Origin: Candidatus Eiseniibacteriota bacterium
GTDB lineage: Bacteria; Eisenbacteria; RBG-16-71-46
Length of the DNA stretch: 64,000 bases
Assembly: GCA_963776245.1 (NCBI GenBank)
Contig: CAVZLN010000006.1
Coordinates: 288,001 to 352,000, forward strand
Direction: 5' to 3'
Part shown: positions 30,882-43,256 of the stretch, one piece after another
Position numbering within the stretch: position 1 is the first letter of the stretch
Layout of the letters: the number at the start of each line of letters is the position of its first letter
Translations under genes and position numbers: made by a program
The notes under the pieces: generated by a model
The model's database searches: none
What the model saw: the letters and a program-made list of their open reading frames with translations, nothing else
What the model was told of the DNA's origin: nothing

Positions 30882-31309
30882 TCAGGCCTCGTCGGCCAGC
30901 GCGGGGACCTGCGCGGTGGATCCAGATGCCCTGGCGCTCGTGGACCTGGGTCTGGATCCGTCCGCCCGCGGTCGGTAGTGCGAGAGGAAGATCTCCTTCA
31001 GCGTCCTCGGACTCCGTCGGACGGGAAGTACCGGCAGCGCGCGCGTGAACATGTCGTCGCGGCCGGAGTACACGAACGCGGTCACCTCGGTGACGCGCTC
31101 GTACTGGTTCTGGTCGTACGCGGCCTCGGGCGAGTCCTCCATGTCGAGCCACAGCGAGGCCATCGGCCGGACCACCTCGAAGTCGTGCGTGACTCGACAT
31201 GAGGTACTCCCACAGCCCGAAGATCTCGAGCGGGATGAAGCGCGACGAGCCCTGCGCCCGTGCTCCCCCTTCGCCGGATCTCGCAGCGCACCAGTTTCTG
31301 ACTGGACAT
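30882..31309 (-). CDS. Hypothetical protein (multiple frameshifts)
   Basis: SD AGGAGG before ATG 31309; coding-like segments RFIPLEIFGLWEYLM, SLWLDMEDSPE..YERVTEV, LKEIFLSHY in different frames. Confidence 0.5.
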
Positions 31310-31540
31310 CGCCGAACCCTCCTGGACTTCGATCCCTGGAACGCGGCGGGGTCACCGGCACCACGGAGGCGGCGCGCGGATGCTTCCGCGCGCTCCCACG
31401 GCGGATGGACCGTCGCGGACATGCTAGTCCGGGCCCGAACCACCGTCAATCGCTGAGGTTGCGGCTGCCGGAAGGCGAGCGCGCACCCCTCACGCGAGAT
31501 CGCGCCCGGCGGGGCCGCCGCCACCCCGGCGCGGTACGTC

Positions 31541-31570
31541 TTGACAGTGCTTCCGACCAGCCCGTACGTT
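31541..31570 (+). promoter_or_regulatory. sigma70 promoter of the acyltransferase operon
   Basis: TTGACA-N18-TACGTT. Confidence 0.5.
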
Positions 31571-31630
31571 GCCCCAGACGCCTGACCCAGCCCGCGGCGA
31601 CGGCCTCGTTCCACGGAATGGAGAAACGGG

Positions 31631-32528
31631 ATGTCCCGACTCATCTACGGCTGGCTGACGGGGATCGTGTCCAGCCTCCCGATGTGGCTGGGCTACCTCG
31701 TCGCCGACGTCGCCACCGAGATCCACTTCCGCTGCTTCCCCTCCCGCCGCCACGCCGCCCTCGCCAATCTCGCCACCCTGATGCCGCGCGCCACCCGGCG
31801 CGAGCGCGCTCCAGGTGGTCCGCAGCATGATGCGGAACTACAACCGGATGATGTTCGAGTTCTTCCGCCTGCCGCACCTGACCCGCGCGGAATTGCTCGG
31901 CTCGGTCGAGGTGGTGGGCCGCGAGCACCTCGAGCAGGCCGTCGCGCGCGGCCGCGGCGTCATCCTCACCTGCTGCCACATCGGCAACTGGGAGCTCGCG
32001 GCGGTGGTGCTGGCCCACTGGGGCTACACGCTCCACGCGGTGGCCGGGGTGCAGCTGAGCCGCTGGCTGTCCGCCGCGGTGCGCGAGACCAAGCAGGAGC
32101 TCGCCATCCACACCGTGTCGCCCGAGGACGGCTTCCGCAAGCTGCTGCGCGCGCTCGAGCACAACGACCTGGTCGCCCTGATGGTGGACGGCGACATCTA
32201 CAGCCATGGCGGCCAGGTCGAGTGGTTCGGTCGTGAGACCCGCTTCCCCTCCGGCCCCGGCGTGCTCGCGCAGCGCACCGGCGCGCTGCTGATCAGCGGC
32301 TACTGCGAGCGCCTCGGCCGCGGGCGCTTCCGCATCGTGATGGAGCCCCCGCTCGATCCCGCCGCCTTCCCGACCGACCGCCGCGCTCAACCAGGCGGTC
32401 GCGGCCACCATCGAGCGCCACATCCGCGAGCACCTCGACCAGTGGTGCATCTTCCGTCCGATGTGGGAGCCCGCGCCCGCCACCGCTGACGGCAGCCCGC
32501 GGGAGCGGCGCACGGCGCCGAAGCGTGA
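31631..32528 (+). CDS. Lysophospholipid acyltransferase (LpxL/PatA-like; frameshifted, end approximate)
   Basis: GRGVILTCCHIGNWE, LVALMVD, HLDQWCIFRPMW. Confidence 0.85.
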
Positions 32529-33676
32529 AGATCGGGATCGTCAGCCAGTCGTACTACCCGCGATACGGCGGCGTCACCGAGCACGTGCATCGCACCGCGG
32601 TCGAACTGCGGCGGCGCGGCCACGAGGTCACCATCATCACCAGCCACTTCCGCGGCGGTGACACCGAGCGCGTGCCGGACGTCGAGCGCATCGGCTACAA
32701 CATGCTCATCCCGTTCAACCGCGCGTTCGTGGACCTGGCGGTCGGCATCCGCCTGCGCGGCCAGCTGCGCGCGCTGCTGCGCCGCCACGGGTTCGACGTC
32801 CTCCACACCCACGCGCCGCTGGTGCCGACGCTGCCGCTGATCGCCATCGAGACCGCCGAGCGTCCGCAGGTCGGCACGTTCCACACCACCGGCGGCCCCA
32901 GCAGCGCTGCTCGAGACTCTTCCAGCGGCCGCTCGAGCAGCGCCTGCAGCGACTCGACGCGCGCATCGCCGTGTCCGAGACCGCGCACGAGTACGTGGCG
33001 CGCTACTTCCCCGGCGTCTACCACGTCATCCCGAACGGCGTGGACGTCGAGCGCTTCCACCCGCTCGTCCGGCCGTTCGCGGAGTGGCGCGACCCGTCGA
33101 TCGTGAACCTGCTGTTCGTCGGCCGGCTCGATCCGCGCAAGGGCGTGCAGGACCTGATCGACGCCATGCCCGAGGTGGTGCGCGCGGACCGACGGCCGCG
33201 CGCGGCTGCTGGTGGTGGGCGACTCGTACCTGCGCTCGCGGAACGAGGCCTCGGTGCCGTCCGCGCTGCGCGACCACATCCACTTCCTCGGCCACGTGCC
33301 GGGCGCCGACCTGCCGCGCTGGTACGCCACCGGCGACGTGTTCTGCTCGCCGGCGACCGGCAACGAGAGGTTCGGCATCGTGCTGGTCGAGGCCATGGCC
33401 GCGGGGCGCTCGGTGGTGTGCTCGGACATCCCGGGCTACCGCACCGTGGTCACCCCCGGCGAGAACGGCGTGGTCTTCCCGCCCGGCGACCGCGGGCGCT
33501 CGCGGCGGCCATCGCGGCGCTGGTGCACGACCCCGAGCGCCGCCGCGGCCTCGCGGCGCGCGGGCGGGCGCCGCGCGCGCTGGAGTTCGCCTGGCCGCGC
33601 GTCGTCGACCGCATCGAGGCGGTCTACCGCGACGGCCGTCACCGCGCCGCCACGGACCGGCGCCGCCGCGGCCTGA
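32525..33676 (+). CDS. GT4 glycosyltransferase, PimA-like (frameshifted)
   Basis: KIGIVSQSYYPRYGGVTEH, VGTFH, IPNGVD, FVGRLDPRKG, ERFGIVLVEAMAAG. Confidence 0.85.
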
Positions 33677-33698
33677 GCCGCCCGCGCCCGAAGCGCCG

Positions 33699-34984
33699 AT
33701 GGCCGAGCCGACCGCCGCCCCAGCGCCCGCTGCTCGCGCAGCGCGACTTCGCGCTGCTGTGGTGGGGCCAGCTCGTCTCGATCCTCGGCGAGCGGCTCAA
33801 CTACCTCGCGCTGGTCGGCCTGCTGGTCGAGCACACCGCGCACTTCGCCGACGCGAGGCTCGTCGTGCTGCTGTGCCTGCTCGCCAACGTCATGGTCGCG
33901 CCCGTGCTGCTGTTCGCGCCCTTCGCGGGCCCGTGGGTGGACCGCTCGAACCTCAGGCACATGATGCTCGTCTCCGACACCGCTGCGCGCGGTGATCGTG
34001 GCCGGCATCCCGGTCGCGTACCTGGCCCTGCACCACACCCTGCCGGTGTACGTGCTGGTGTTCCTGCTGTTCACCTGCAACGTCTTCTTCCTGCCCGCCA
34101 AGAGCGCCATCACGCCGGAGATCGTGCCCGCCGAGCAGCTGCTCGCCGCCAACACGCTGCTCTCCGTCGCCGGCATCGCCGCGACCGCCGTCGGCGCGCT
34201 CGCGGGCGGCTGGATGGTGGACCACTGGGGCTGGGGCACCGCGCTGTGGGTGAACGCGGCGACCTACCTGTGGTCGGTGGTGATGCTGGCGCTGATCCGC
34301 TACCGCCCGCGAGCCACAGGCCACGCTGCCCCCGATCACCTGGCGCGGCTACCTCGCGCGAGATCGGCGAGGGCCTCGCGGTGGTCAAGCGCAGCACGCA
34401 TGGTCGGGCTCGGCGCTCATCGCGCTCGCCGCGGTCTGGCTCGGCGGCGGGTTCCTGCACGTCGCCGGCAACCAGCACATCCAGCGGGTCGCCAGCGTGC
34501 CCGGCATGGAGCGGCTCGGGCTGCTGCTGGCCGCGTTCGGGGTCGGCAGCGGGCTCGGCACCTGGTGGGTGAACCGCTTCGGCACGCGCCTTCCCGCGCC
34601 CGCTGCTGCTGGGCGTCGGGCCTGATGCTGGCGGGGCTGGCGCTGGTGGCGTTCGCGGTACGCGCGCTTTCGCGGTGTTCGCGGTCGTGGCGTTCCTCAT
34701 CGGGCTCTCCGCCGCGCCCGCGTTCATGCTGAGCGAGACGCTGCTCCAGGAGGGCACCGACCTGCGCCAGCGCGGCGCGCGTGTTCAGCCTGCGCGATTT
34801 CGCCATGCGCTTGCTGCTGCTGGTGGGCTCCACGCTCGCCGCCGCCATGACGCGGACGTGGGGCACCTCGAGCGCGATCCTGGCCAGCGCCGTGGTGGTG
34901 GGGATGGCGGGCCTGCTCGCCCTCACGTGGGGGCGGCGGCATCCCGAACTGATGCACGCGGACCGGCCCTCCGGCACGCGCTGA
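33699..34984 (+). CDS. MFS transporter (frameshifted)
   Basis: RDFALLWWGQLVS, AGPWVDR, FFLPAKSAITPEIV, many TM segments. Confidence 0.8.
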
Positions 34985-35028
34985 GAGCGCTCCCCGGCCG
35001 CGACCCGCGGTGGCGGGCCCGGGGCCCT

Positions 35029-35469
35029 TCAGTCCCGGCCGGCGCTCTCCTCGCTCACGGGCAGATCGATCCCCCACCGCGCGCGCAGGGCGTCGCGGAA
35101 GGGCGCGGCATCGGCACCCTTGCCGGCGCGGCGGCGGAACTCGTCCCAGGCCTCCATCAGCGCGGGGCCGTGTTCGGCGAAGGGCCGGCCACGCGCGACC
35201 GCGTCGTCGATCTCCCGGCCATGCTGGATCGCGAGTTCGTCGAGCACCATGCGCGCGATGCGCTCCTCGCGCGTGCCCTCGGGCACCGGCGGCGGCGGCC
35301 CGGCCGGCGAGGCGCCGGGCCAGGCGCGACTCCCCACGGTCCCGTCGCGCGCCACGGAGAACGACCCGTGACACGACGGGCAGCGCACGCGCGCGCCGCC
35401 GGGACCGAGCAGCGTCTCGGGCAGCAGGTACTCGGTGACGCAGTGCGGACAGCGGACGGGGATGGGCAT
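35029..35469 (-). CDS. MJ0042-type zinc-ribbon protein
   Basis: RCPHCVTEY...GARVRCPSCHGSF. Confidence 0.8.
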   Translation of the reverse strand: MPIPVRCPHCVTEYLLPETLLGPGGARVRCPSCHGSFSVARDGTVGSRAWPGASPAGPPPPVPEGTREERIARMVLDELAIQHGREIDDAVARGRPFAEHGPALMEAWDEFRRRAGKGADAAPFRDALRARWGIDLPVSEESAGRD

Positions 35470-35564
35470 GATCGTGTGCCGGCGCCACCGGGGCGGCCGA
35501 CGCCGCGCATCATGCCACGGACGCCTTCGGAGCGGAACCGCGGATTGTCGCGCCGGGCTCCGGC

Positions 35565-37677
35565 TCAGCCCGCCAGCGCCAGCTCGAGCGGCTCGCGGTA
35601 GTGCGCGAGCAGCGCGGCCTTGAGCGCCGCGTGTCCCGGCTCCATGAGCCACGGGTCGCGCGCCACCAGCGCCGCGCGCGGCCTCGCGGCGCCTCCTCGA
35701 GCAGCTCGCGGTCGCGCGCCAGGTCGGCGACGCTCAGCCGCGGCAGCCCGCTCTGGCGCGTGCCCCACAGCTCGCCGGGGCCGCGCAGGCGCAGGTCCGC
35801 CTCGGCGAGCGCGAAGCCGTCGTCGGTGCTGCGCCATCACCTCGAGCCGCTCGCGGCCGAGCGCGCTCGCGCCCGGGCTCGCCACGAACACGCACACCGA
35901 GCGGTGCTCGCCGCGGCCGACCCGCCCGCGCAGCTGGTGGAGCTGCGTGAGCCCGAAGCGCTCGGCGTTCTCGACCACCATGAGCGTGGCGTTGGGCACG
36001 TCCACGCCCACCTCGATCACCGTGGTGGCGACCAGCACGTGCAGCTCGCCGGCGGCGAACGCGCGCATCACCTCGAGCTTCTCGTCGGGCTTCAGGCGCC
36101 CGTGCAGCAGCCCGACCTGGCAGCCGCGCAGCGCGGGTGGGCGCGCAGGCGCTCGAACTCCCTCTCGGCGGCGCGCACCTCGGCGCGCCCGCCCTCCTCG
36201 ATCGCGGCACGACGACGTAGGCCTGCCGGCCCGCGCGCGAGCTCCTTCGCCATGAACTCGATCACCTGCGGGAACTGCTCCTCGCCGGTCACCCGCGTCA
36301 CCAGCCGGCCGCGGCCCGCGGGCCGCGAGCGCAGCGTGCTCACGTCGAGGTCGCCGTAGAACGCCAGCTGCAGCGTGCGCGGGATCGGCGTCGCGGTGAG
36401 CACGAGCACGTGCGGCAGCACGCCCTTGCTGCGCCAGCATGGCGCGCTGGCTCACGCCGAAGCGGTGCTGCTCGTCCACGATGGCGAGCGCGAGCGCGGC
36501 ATGCTGCACCTTCTCCTCGAGCAGCGCGTGCGTGCCCACCACCAGCAGCGGCTCGCCCGCGGCGAGCCGCGCCGCGCAGCGCCCGGCGCTCGCCGCGGCG
36601 GCGTGGCGCCGGTGAGCGTGGCCACCTCGACGCCCGCGGCCTCGGCGAGGCGCGCGAGCGCTGGCGGCGTGCTGGCGCGCGAGGATCTCGGTGGGCGCCA
36701 TGAACGCCACCTGGTGGCCGGCCTCGATCGCGTGCGCGGCGGCCAGCAGCGCCACCACGGTCTTGCCGCTGCCCACGTCGCCGATCACCAGCCGGTGCAT
36801 CGGCCGCGGCCGCGCGCAGGTCGGCCGCGATGTCGGCGACCGCGTCGTCCTGGCCCGTCGGTGAGCGTGAACGGCAGCGCCGCGCGCACGCGTTCGAGCA
36901 GCCGCCCGCGCCCGCCGTCGCCAGCCCGCGGCCCTCCTCGGCGAGCACGCGGCGGCGCAGCTCCATCACCATCTGCAGCAGGAACAGCTCCTCGAACGCC
37001 AGCCGGCGCCGCGCCGCGTCGTGCCGCGCGTCGTCGTCCGGGAAGTGGATCTCGCGCAGCGCCTCGCCCAGCGGCACCAGCCGGCGCCGCGGCCGCGCAC
37101 CGCGTCGGGCACGGGATCGCGCACCCGGTCGGCGACGCGCGTCGAGCGCGTGGCGCACGCGCGGCGCGCAGCGTGCGCCCGCTCAGGCCCTTGGTGAGCG
37201 CGTGCACCGGCACCAGCCGGCCGACGTGCAGCAGCTCGCCGAGGTCGCCCTCGATCACCTCGAACATCGGGTTGAGCATGCGCCGGTCGAGCGGGTCGAG
37301 CTCGCCGCTCACCACCACGCGGGTGCCGGGACGCAGCGTGCGCGCGAGGAACGGCTGGCCGAAGAAGTAGCACGCCAGCAGTGCCGATGTCGTCCACGAT
37401 GGTGGCGCTGAAGTCGGTGCGGCCGCCGCGCGTGCGCAGCGCCGCGGCGTGCCTCACCGTGCCCTCGACGGTGAGCAGCGCGCCGGGCTTCAGGTCGGCG
37501 ATGCGCACGAACCGGCTCGCGTCGAGCCAGTCGCGCGGGTAGTGGCGCAGCAGGTGCTCGACGGTGACGATCCCGAGCCGCTCGAACACCAGCGCGCGCT
37601 GCGGGCCCACGCCATGCAGGAACTGGACGCGGGACGCGGGCTCGAGGGCGGGGGCCGGACGGGTCGGGTGCGGTCAT
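35565..37677 (-). CDS. recG: ATP-dependent DNA helicase RecG (many frameshifts)
   Basis: [59 protein letters not shown]. Confidence 0.93.
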
Positions 37678-37873
37678 GACGGGCGGCAGCGTACGGCCTC
37701 GGGCCGGCGCGCGCCACGCCGCCGGAGCGCCGCGCGGCCCGGGTGGCCGCCGCTTGGCGGGCGAGGCGGTCACTTTACAGGCGCGCCCCTCAACTGTTAC
37801 CTTCCGTCGCCTTTTCCCATCTGGATCATGTCGCCCGGGCGGCCCTGCCCGCGGCCCGGCAAGGAGGTATCCG

Positions 37874-38092
37874 TTGGCTCAGCGCTGTCACATCTGCGGC
37901 AAGGGGACGATGTCCGGCAACAACGTGAGCCACGCTCACAACATCACCAAGCGGACCTTCAACCCCAACCTCCAGCGCGTGCGCGCGATCGTGGAGGGAC
38001 GGGTGCGCAACATCGACGTGTGCACGCGCTGCATCCGCGGCAACAAGGTCACCAAGGCGGTGCGCCGCATCCACCGGACCGAGACCGCCTGA
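37874..38092 (+). CDS. rpmB: 50S ribosomal protein L28 (Cys-containing form), TTG start
   Basis: [39 protein letters not shown]...CTRC. Confidence 0.95.
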   Translation: MAQRCHICGKGTMSGNNVSHAHNITKRTFNPNLQRVRAIVEGRVRNIDVCTRCIRGNKVTKAVRRIHRTETA

Positions 38093-38116
38093 GTCCGAGC
38101 GGTCCGCCGTGACGCA

Positions 38117-38149
38117 CGAGGCCCCGCGGGTCCGCCCCGCGGGGCCTCG
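38117..38149. terminator. GC-rich hairpin between convergent rpmB and TPR gene
   Basis: CGAGGCCCCGCGGG-TCCGC-CCCGCGGGGCCTCG. Confidence 0.65.
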
Positions 38150-38170
38150 CGCATTCCGGCGCCGGGGCGC

Positions 38171-39822
38171 CTAGGCGTCGGGCGCGCGCGCGGTGCTCAG
38201 CATCTCGCGCCACTCCAGCATCTGGCGCGGCAGGGCGTGCAGCGGGTCGAGCTCGAGCGCCGCGCGAACTCGATGTCGGCCTCGGCGGTGCGCCCGATCG
38301 CCAGGAGCGCCCAGCCCAGGTCGGCGCGCGCCGCGCCGAATCCGGGGTGAAGCGCCAGCGCCGCCCGCAGCGGGGCCTCGGCTCCCGCGGCGTCCCCGCG
38401 CAACAGCCGCGTGCGCCCCAACAGCGCGTGCGCGTCGGCCCAGCCCGGACGGCGCCCCGCCAGCCCGGCGAGCAGCTCCTCCGCGGCGGCGGGCCGTCCG
38501 TCGGCGATCTCGAGGTGCGCCAGGTCGAGCGCCGCGGCGCCATAGCCCGGCTCGATGCGCAGCGCCTCCCGGAACTCGGCCCGCGCCCCCGCCGTGTCAC
38601 CCTTCGCGCGCAGCGCCCGCGCCAGCGCGACGTGCAGGTCGGGGTAGTCGCCCTGCAGCGCCACCGCACGGCGCAACTCGGCCTCCGCCGCCGCGGCATC
38701 GCCCAGGGCCGCGAGCAGCGGACCGCTCTCGCGCGCGCCTTGCGCCACCTCGCGGTCGCGCACCAGCCCCTTGCGGATGGCGCGCAGGGCCTCGGCATCG
38801 CGGCCGAGCGCGTGATACACCAGCCCGAGCAGGCGCCAGGCGCGCGCGAACTCCCGATTGAGCGCCACCGCGCGCTCGAGCGGCGCGACCGCGCCCGCCA
38901 GGTCGCCGGCGCGGAAGCACGCCAGACCGAGCCAGAACCTCAGGTCGGGGTAGTCGGGGAAGGCCTCGACCGCCGGCTCCAGCCCGCGCACCGCCTCCCG
39001 CGCCGCGCCGCGCTCGAGCCTCGCCCGCGCCGCGAGCAGCAGGGCTTCGAGGTAGCGCGGATTGATCTTCAGCGCGGCCTCGAGCTGCACGAGCGCGGCG
39101 TCCGAACGCCCGGCCTCGAGCAGCAGCCCGCCCAGCCGGCAGCGCAGGTCCGCGTACGACGGACGCTCCTCGACCGCGCGCGTCAGCTCCTCGATGGCCC
39201 CCGACAGATCGCCGGCGTGGTAGCGCTCGAGCGCCACCTCGAGCGGCATCGCCCCGTCCTGGGCGGTAGCGCTCGACGGCGGCAGCAGGCGCTGCCAGTC
39301 GGCGCTGCCCCATTCGGACGCGCGCGCCGTGGCGAGCTCGGGAGGCGGCGCGAAGCCGAGCTCGAGCGCCCGCGCGAGAGCCGCCTGCGCGCCGGCGGCA
39401 TCCCGGAGGTGGCTGCGGCACACCGCCTCGAGCAGATGGGCCTCGAGATAGCGGGGATGCTCTTCGAGCGCCCGCTCCAGATCCACCAGCGCCTCGTCCA
39501 CCCGGCCCGAGCGCTCGAGGATGCGGGCACGGTAGTAGAGCAGGTCGGGGAACGACGGATTCTCGTCGAGCGCGCGGTCGAACTGGTCCTCGGCGCGCGC
39601 GTACTGGCCGGCGTGGTAGAACGCCAGGCCGAGGTGCGCCCGCGCCTCCGCGGCGTAGCACCGCGCCAGGCTCTGGTCGGGGTCCGCGGGATCGCGCACC
39701 TCGTCGAGCGCCTGCTCGAACGCCTCGGCCGCGCGTTCGAACTCGCCGCGGTTGAAATGCACCATGCCGCGGTTGTAGTGCCGGTTGTGGCCCCACTTCA
39801 GCAGGGTAGAGAAGATGCCCAG
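38171..39822 (-). CDS. Tetratricopeptide repeat protein (probable CTG start; 3' frameshift)
   Basis: Repeated YPDL/NPRYLEA TPR units; SD AAAGGAG before CTG 39822. Confidence 0.8.
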
Positions 39823-39940
39823 GGACGGCTCCTTTCCCAGTCGCGCCCGATGCGGGCGGGCCCGCGCGGCACCCGGGAGAGTGGGCACACGCGCGGGCTC
39901 ACCACCCGCCAGAGTCTATCCGCTTCCGCGCCCCCCGCGC

Positions 39941-41082
39941 TCAGTCCATCTGCTTGCGCAGGAAGGTCGGGATATCGAGCGAGCCCCCGCGCTCGGCCCC
40001 GCGTCCCCAGCGATTCGGACGCACGGTCGGCTCGCGCCACGGCTTCGGATGCCCCAGTTCCTCGTGCTCGCCCTCCGCGGCCGGCGCGGCGGCGCGTGAC
40101 TTCTCGAGCGGCCGCACGCGCGGCTCGTGGTGTCCGAACCCGGTGGCGACCACGGTGATCTGCAGTTCGCCGTCCATGTTCGGGTCGATGACCGAGCCGA
40201 AGATGACGTTCGCGTCCTCGCCCGCCGCCTGCACCACCACGCTCGCGGCCTCGTTGACCTCGTGCAGGGTCATGTCGCGACCGCCGGTGATGTTGACCAG
40301 CACCCCTTCGGCGCCCTAGATCGAGACGTCCTCGAGCAGCGGGCTCGACACCGCGGCCTGCGCGGCCTCGGCCGCGCGGTTCGGGCCGGTGGCGCGGCCG
40401 GTGCCCATGAGCGCGTTGCCGCGGTTCGACATCACGCCTTCACGTCGGCGAAGTCGAGGTTCACGAGCCCCGGCACCGTGACCAGGTCCGAGATGCCCTT
40501 GGTGGCCTTGAGCAGCACGTCGTCGGCGACCCCGAACGCGTCCGAGAGCGACGTGCTGCGGTCGACGACCGCCAGCAGTCGCTCGTTGGGGATGACGATC
40601 AGGGTGTCCACCTCCGCGCGCAGTTCGGCGATGCCCTCCTCGGCCTGGCGCAGGCGCCGCCGGCCCTCGAAGCTGAACGGCCGGGTCACCACCGCCACCG
40701 TGAGCGCACCGGTCTGGCGCGCCAGCCGCGCCACCACCGGCGCCGCGCCGGTGCCGGTGCCGCCGCCCATGCCGGCGGTGATGAACACCATGTCGCTGTC
40801 GGTGAGCGCGTCGGCGATCGCCTGCTCGTCCTCCTCCGCCGCGCGGCGGCCCTGCGAGGGGTCGCCGCCGGCACCCAGGCCGCGGGTCGCGCCGCTGCCG
40901 ATCTGCAGGCGGTGCGGCGCCAGCGACTGCTGCAGCGCCTGGACGTCGGTGTTGGCGGCGATGAACTCGACGCCGCGCAGCCCGGCGCCGATCATGCGAT
41001 TCACCGCGTTGCCGCCCGCCCCTCCCACGCCGATCACCTTGAGCTTCGCGGTGGACTGACTGTCGATCTCCAGCTCGAACAT
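39941..41082 (-). CDS. ftsZ: Cell division protein FtsZ (apparent frameshift near 40432 and stop at 40316)
   Basis: [29 protein letters not shown]-terminal [11 protein letters not shown]. Confidence 0.95.
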
Positions 41083-41166
41083 GAGGCACCTCTCCCTGTG
41101 CCGTTCCCCCGCCGCGCCCCGGCGGACCTTCCGCCGGCGTCCCCGGGCGGGGGTGAGACCCCGGAT

Positions 41167-42400
41167 CTAGAACAACTCGCTGAACCAGCGGCTGATGTCG
41201 AAACCCTGGCGCGGCGCGCGCTGCCGGTCGCTGGTGCGGCCGGTGATGCTCTCCTCGCCTGCGCGGCGTGGAGCACCAGCCCCACGCCGGTCGCGAACCG
41301 CGGATCGGCGACGTTCGCGGACAGCCCGCCCAGCCCCTGCGGCACGCCGAGCCGCACCGGCATCTCGAACACCTGCTCGGCCAGCTCGACGATGCCCGGC
41401 ATGAGCGAGGTGCCGCCGGTCAGCACCACGCCGCCGCCGAGCAGCTCGGCGAAGTGGTTCTTCTTCACCTCCTTGTTGGCGAGCGCGAAGATCTCCTCCA
41501 TGCGCGGCTCGATCATCGACGCCAGCACGTGGCGCGAGATCTCGCGGTCGACCCGGCCGCCGACGCCGGCCACCATGACGGTCTGTTCCGCGGGCACCAG
41601 CGACGCGAGCGCGCAGCCGTGCTGGAGCTTGATCTGCTCGGCCTTGTCGATGGGGGTGCGCAGGCCGATGGCGATGTCGTTGGTCACGTTGGCGCCGCCC
41701 AGCGAGATGATCGCGGTGTGGCGGATCGAGCCCTCGAGGAACACCGCGACGTCGGTGGTGCCGCCGCCGATGTCGAGCAGCACCACGCCGAGGTCCCGCT
41801 CGTCGTCGTCGAGCACCGCGTGGCCGACGCCAGCGGCTCGAGGACCAGGTCGTAGACCTTGAGCCCGGCGCGCTGGATCGCGCGGCAGATGTTCTTCGCG
41901 CACGTCACCGCGCCGGTGATGATGTGCACCTCGGCCTCGAGCCGCACGCCGCTCATGCCGACCGGGTCCTTGATGCCGTCCTGGTCGTCGACGATGTACT
42001 CCTGCGGGATCACGTGGATGATCTCGCGGTCCATCGGGATGGCGATCGCCTTGGCGGCCTCGATCACGCGGTCCACGTCGGCCGGGCCGATCTCGTTGTC
42101 CTTGCGCGACACCGCGATCACGCCGCGGCTGTTGATGCTGCGGATGTGGTCGCCCGCGATCCCGGCGTACACGCCCTTCACGTACACGCCCGCCATGCGC
42201 TCGGCCTCGTCGACCGCGCGCTGGATGCTGGCGACGGTCTTCTCGAGGTCCACCACCACGCCGCGCCGCAGCCCCTCACTCGGCGCGTTGCCCACGCCGA
42301 CCACGCGCAGCTCGCCGGAGCCGTTCAGGTCGGCGATGATGCACGAGATCTTGGTGGTGCCGATGTCGAGACCGACGTACGTCCGGACCGCCTGTGCCAT
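41167..42400 (-). CDS. ftsA: Cell division protein FtsA (frameshifted)
   Basis: GLDIGTTK, DIGGGTTD, VLTGG, C-terminal helix ISRWFSELF. Confidence 0.95.
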
Positions 42401-42422
42401 GGGGTCCTCACCTCCCGGGGGC

Positions 42423-43256
42423 CTACCCCGCGTGGTTGCGGCGCGCGGCGCCGGCCGATGGATCGCCCGCGATCGACGCGGGCCGGACGATGATCTGGTC
42501 CTCGAACCGCACGTCCACCTCGCGGGCGACCATGCCGCGCTGGTGGAGGTCGGCGAGTGCGACGCGCAGCCCGGACAGCGGCCGGGTGGCGGGCGGCCAT
42601 GCCGGCGCCGAGCACCCGTATGCCGTTCATGAGCAGCAGGCGGGTGACGCGCGCACCGCTCACGTCCACCTCCGACACCTGCCCCGCCAGCCGCAGCGCT
42701 CGTCCCTCGAGCGCCCGCATCCACGCGAGCGCGCGCTGCACCGCGGGGCGCTCATCTGGGCGCCCGCCGGCAGCGCGGAGATGTCGGGGCCGGTGAGCAT
42801 CGGCACGTCGGCCATGACGCCCGCCGCCAGCGGCTCGAGCAGGACGCCGCACGAGTCGATCTCCCACGGCTCGCCGTGGCGCACCAGCAGCACCGGCACG
42901 CGCTCGTGGATGCGCACGTCGAGGCCGCGCGGGAAGCGGCGCGACCTCGGCCCGCTCGATGCGCGGGTCGGAGCCGCAGGCGCTGGCGCACGCGCACCAG
43001 GTCGAGCGCCCACAGGTCCTGCCCCTCCGCCAGCCCGGCGATCGCGACCACGCGCGCGGCGTCGAGGTAGCGCGTGCCCGCGACCCGGATGCCGTGCACG
43101 ACCGCGAACCGCTGGCGCAGCGCGCCCCACGGCACCTGCGCCAGCAGGGTCACCAGGCCGATGACGCCCATCATCGCCAGCACGCGCCGCAGCCGGCCGC
43201 CGCCGGTCGCGCGGGGCGGGGCTGGCGCGCAACGCCCGGCCCTGGTAGGTCGTCAT
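42423..43256 (-). CDS. ftsQ: Cell division protein FtsQ/DivIB (frameshifted)
   Basis: TM plus POTRA (IRVAGTRYL), RRFPRGLDVRIHERVP, VDVRFEDQII; dcw position. Confidence 0.75.

Noticed and set aside
39941..41082. Pseudogenised ftsZ (also valS, murC, recG)
   Set aside because: Motifs are fully conserved and most of these genes are essential; sequencing error is more parsimonious.
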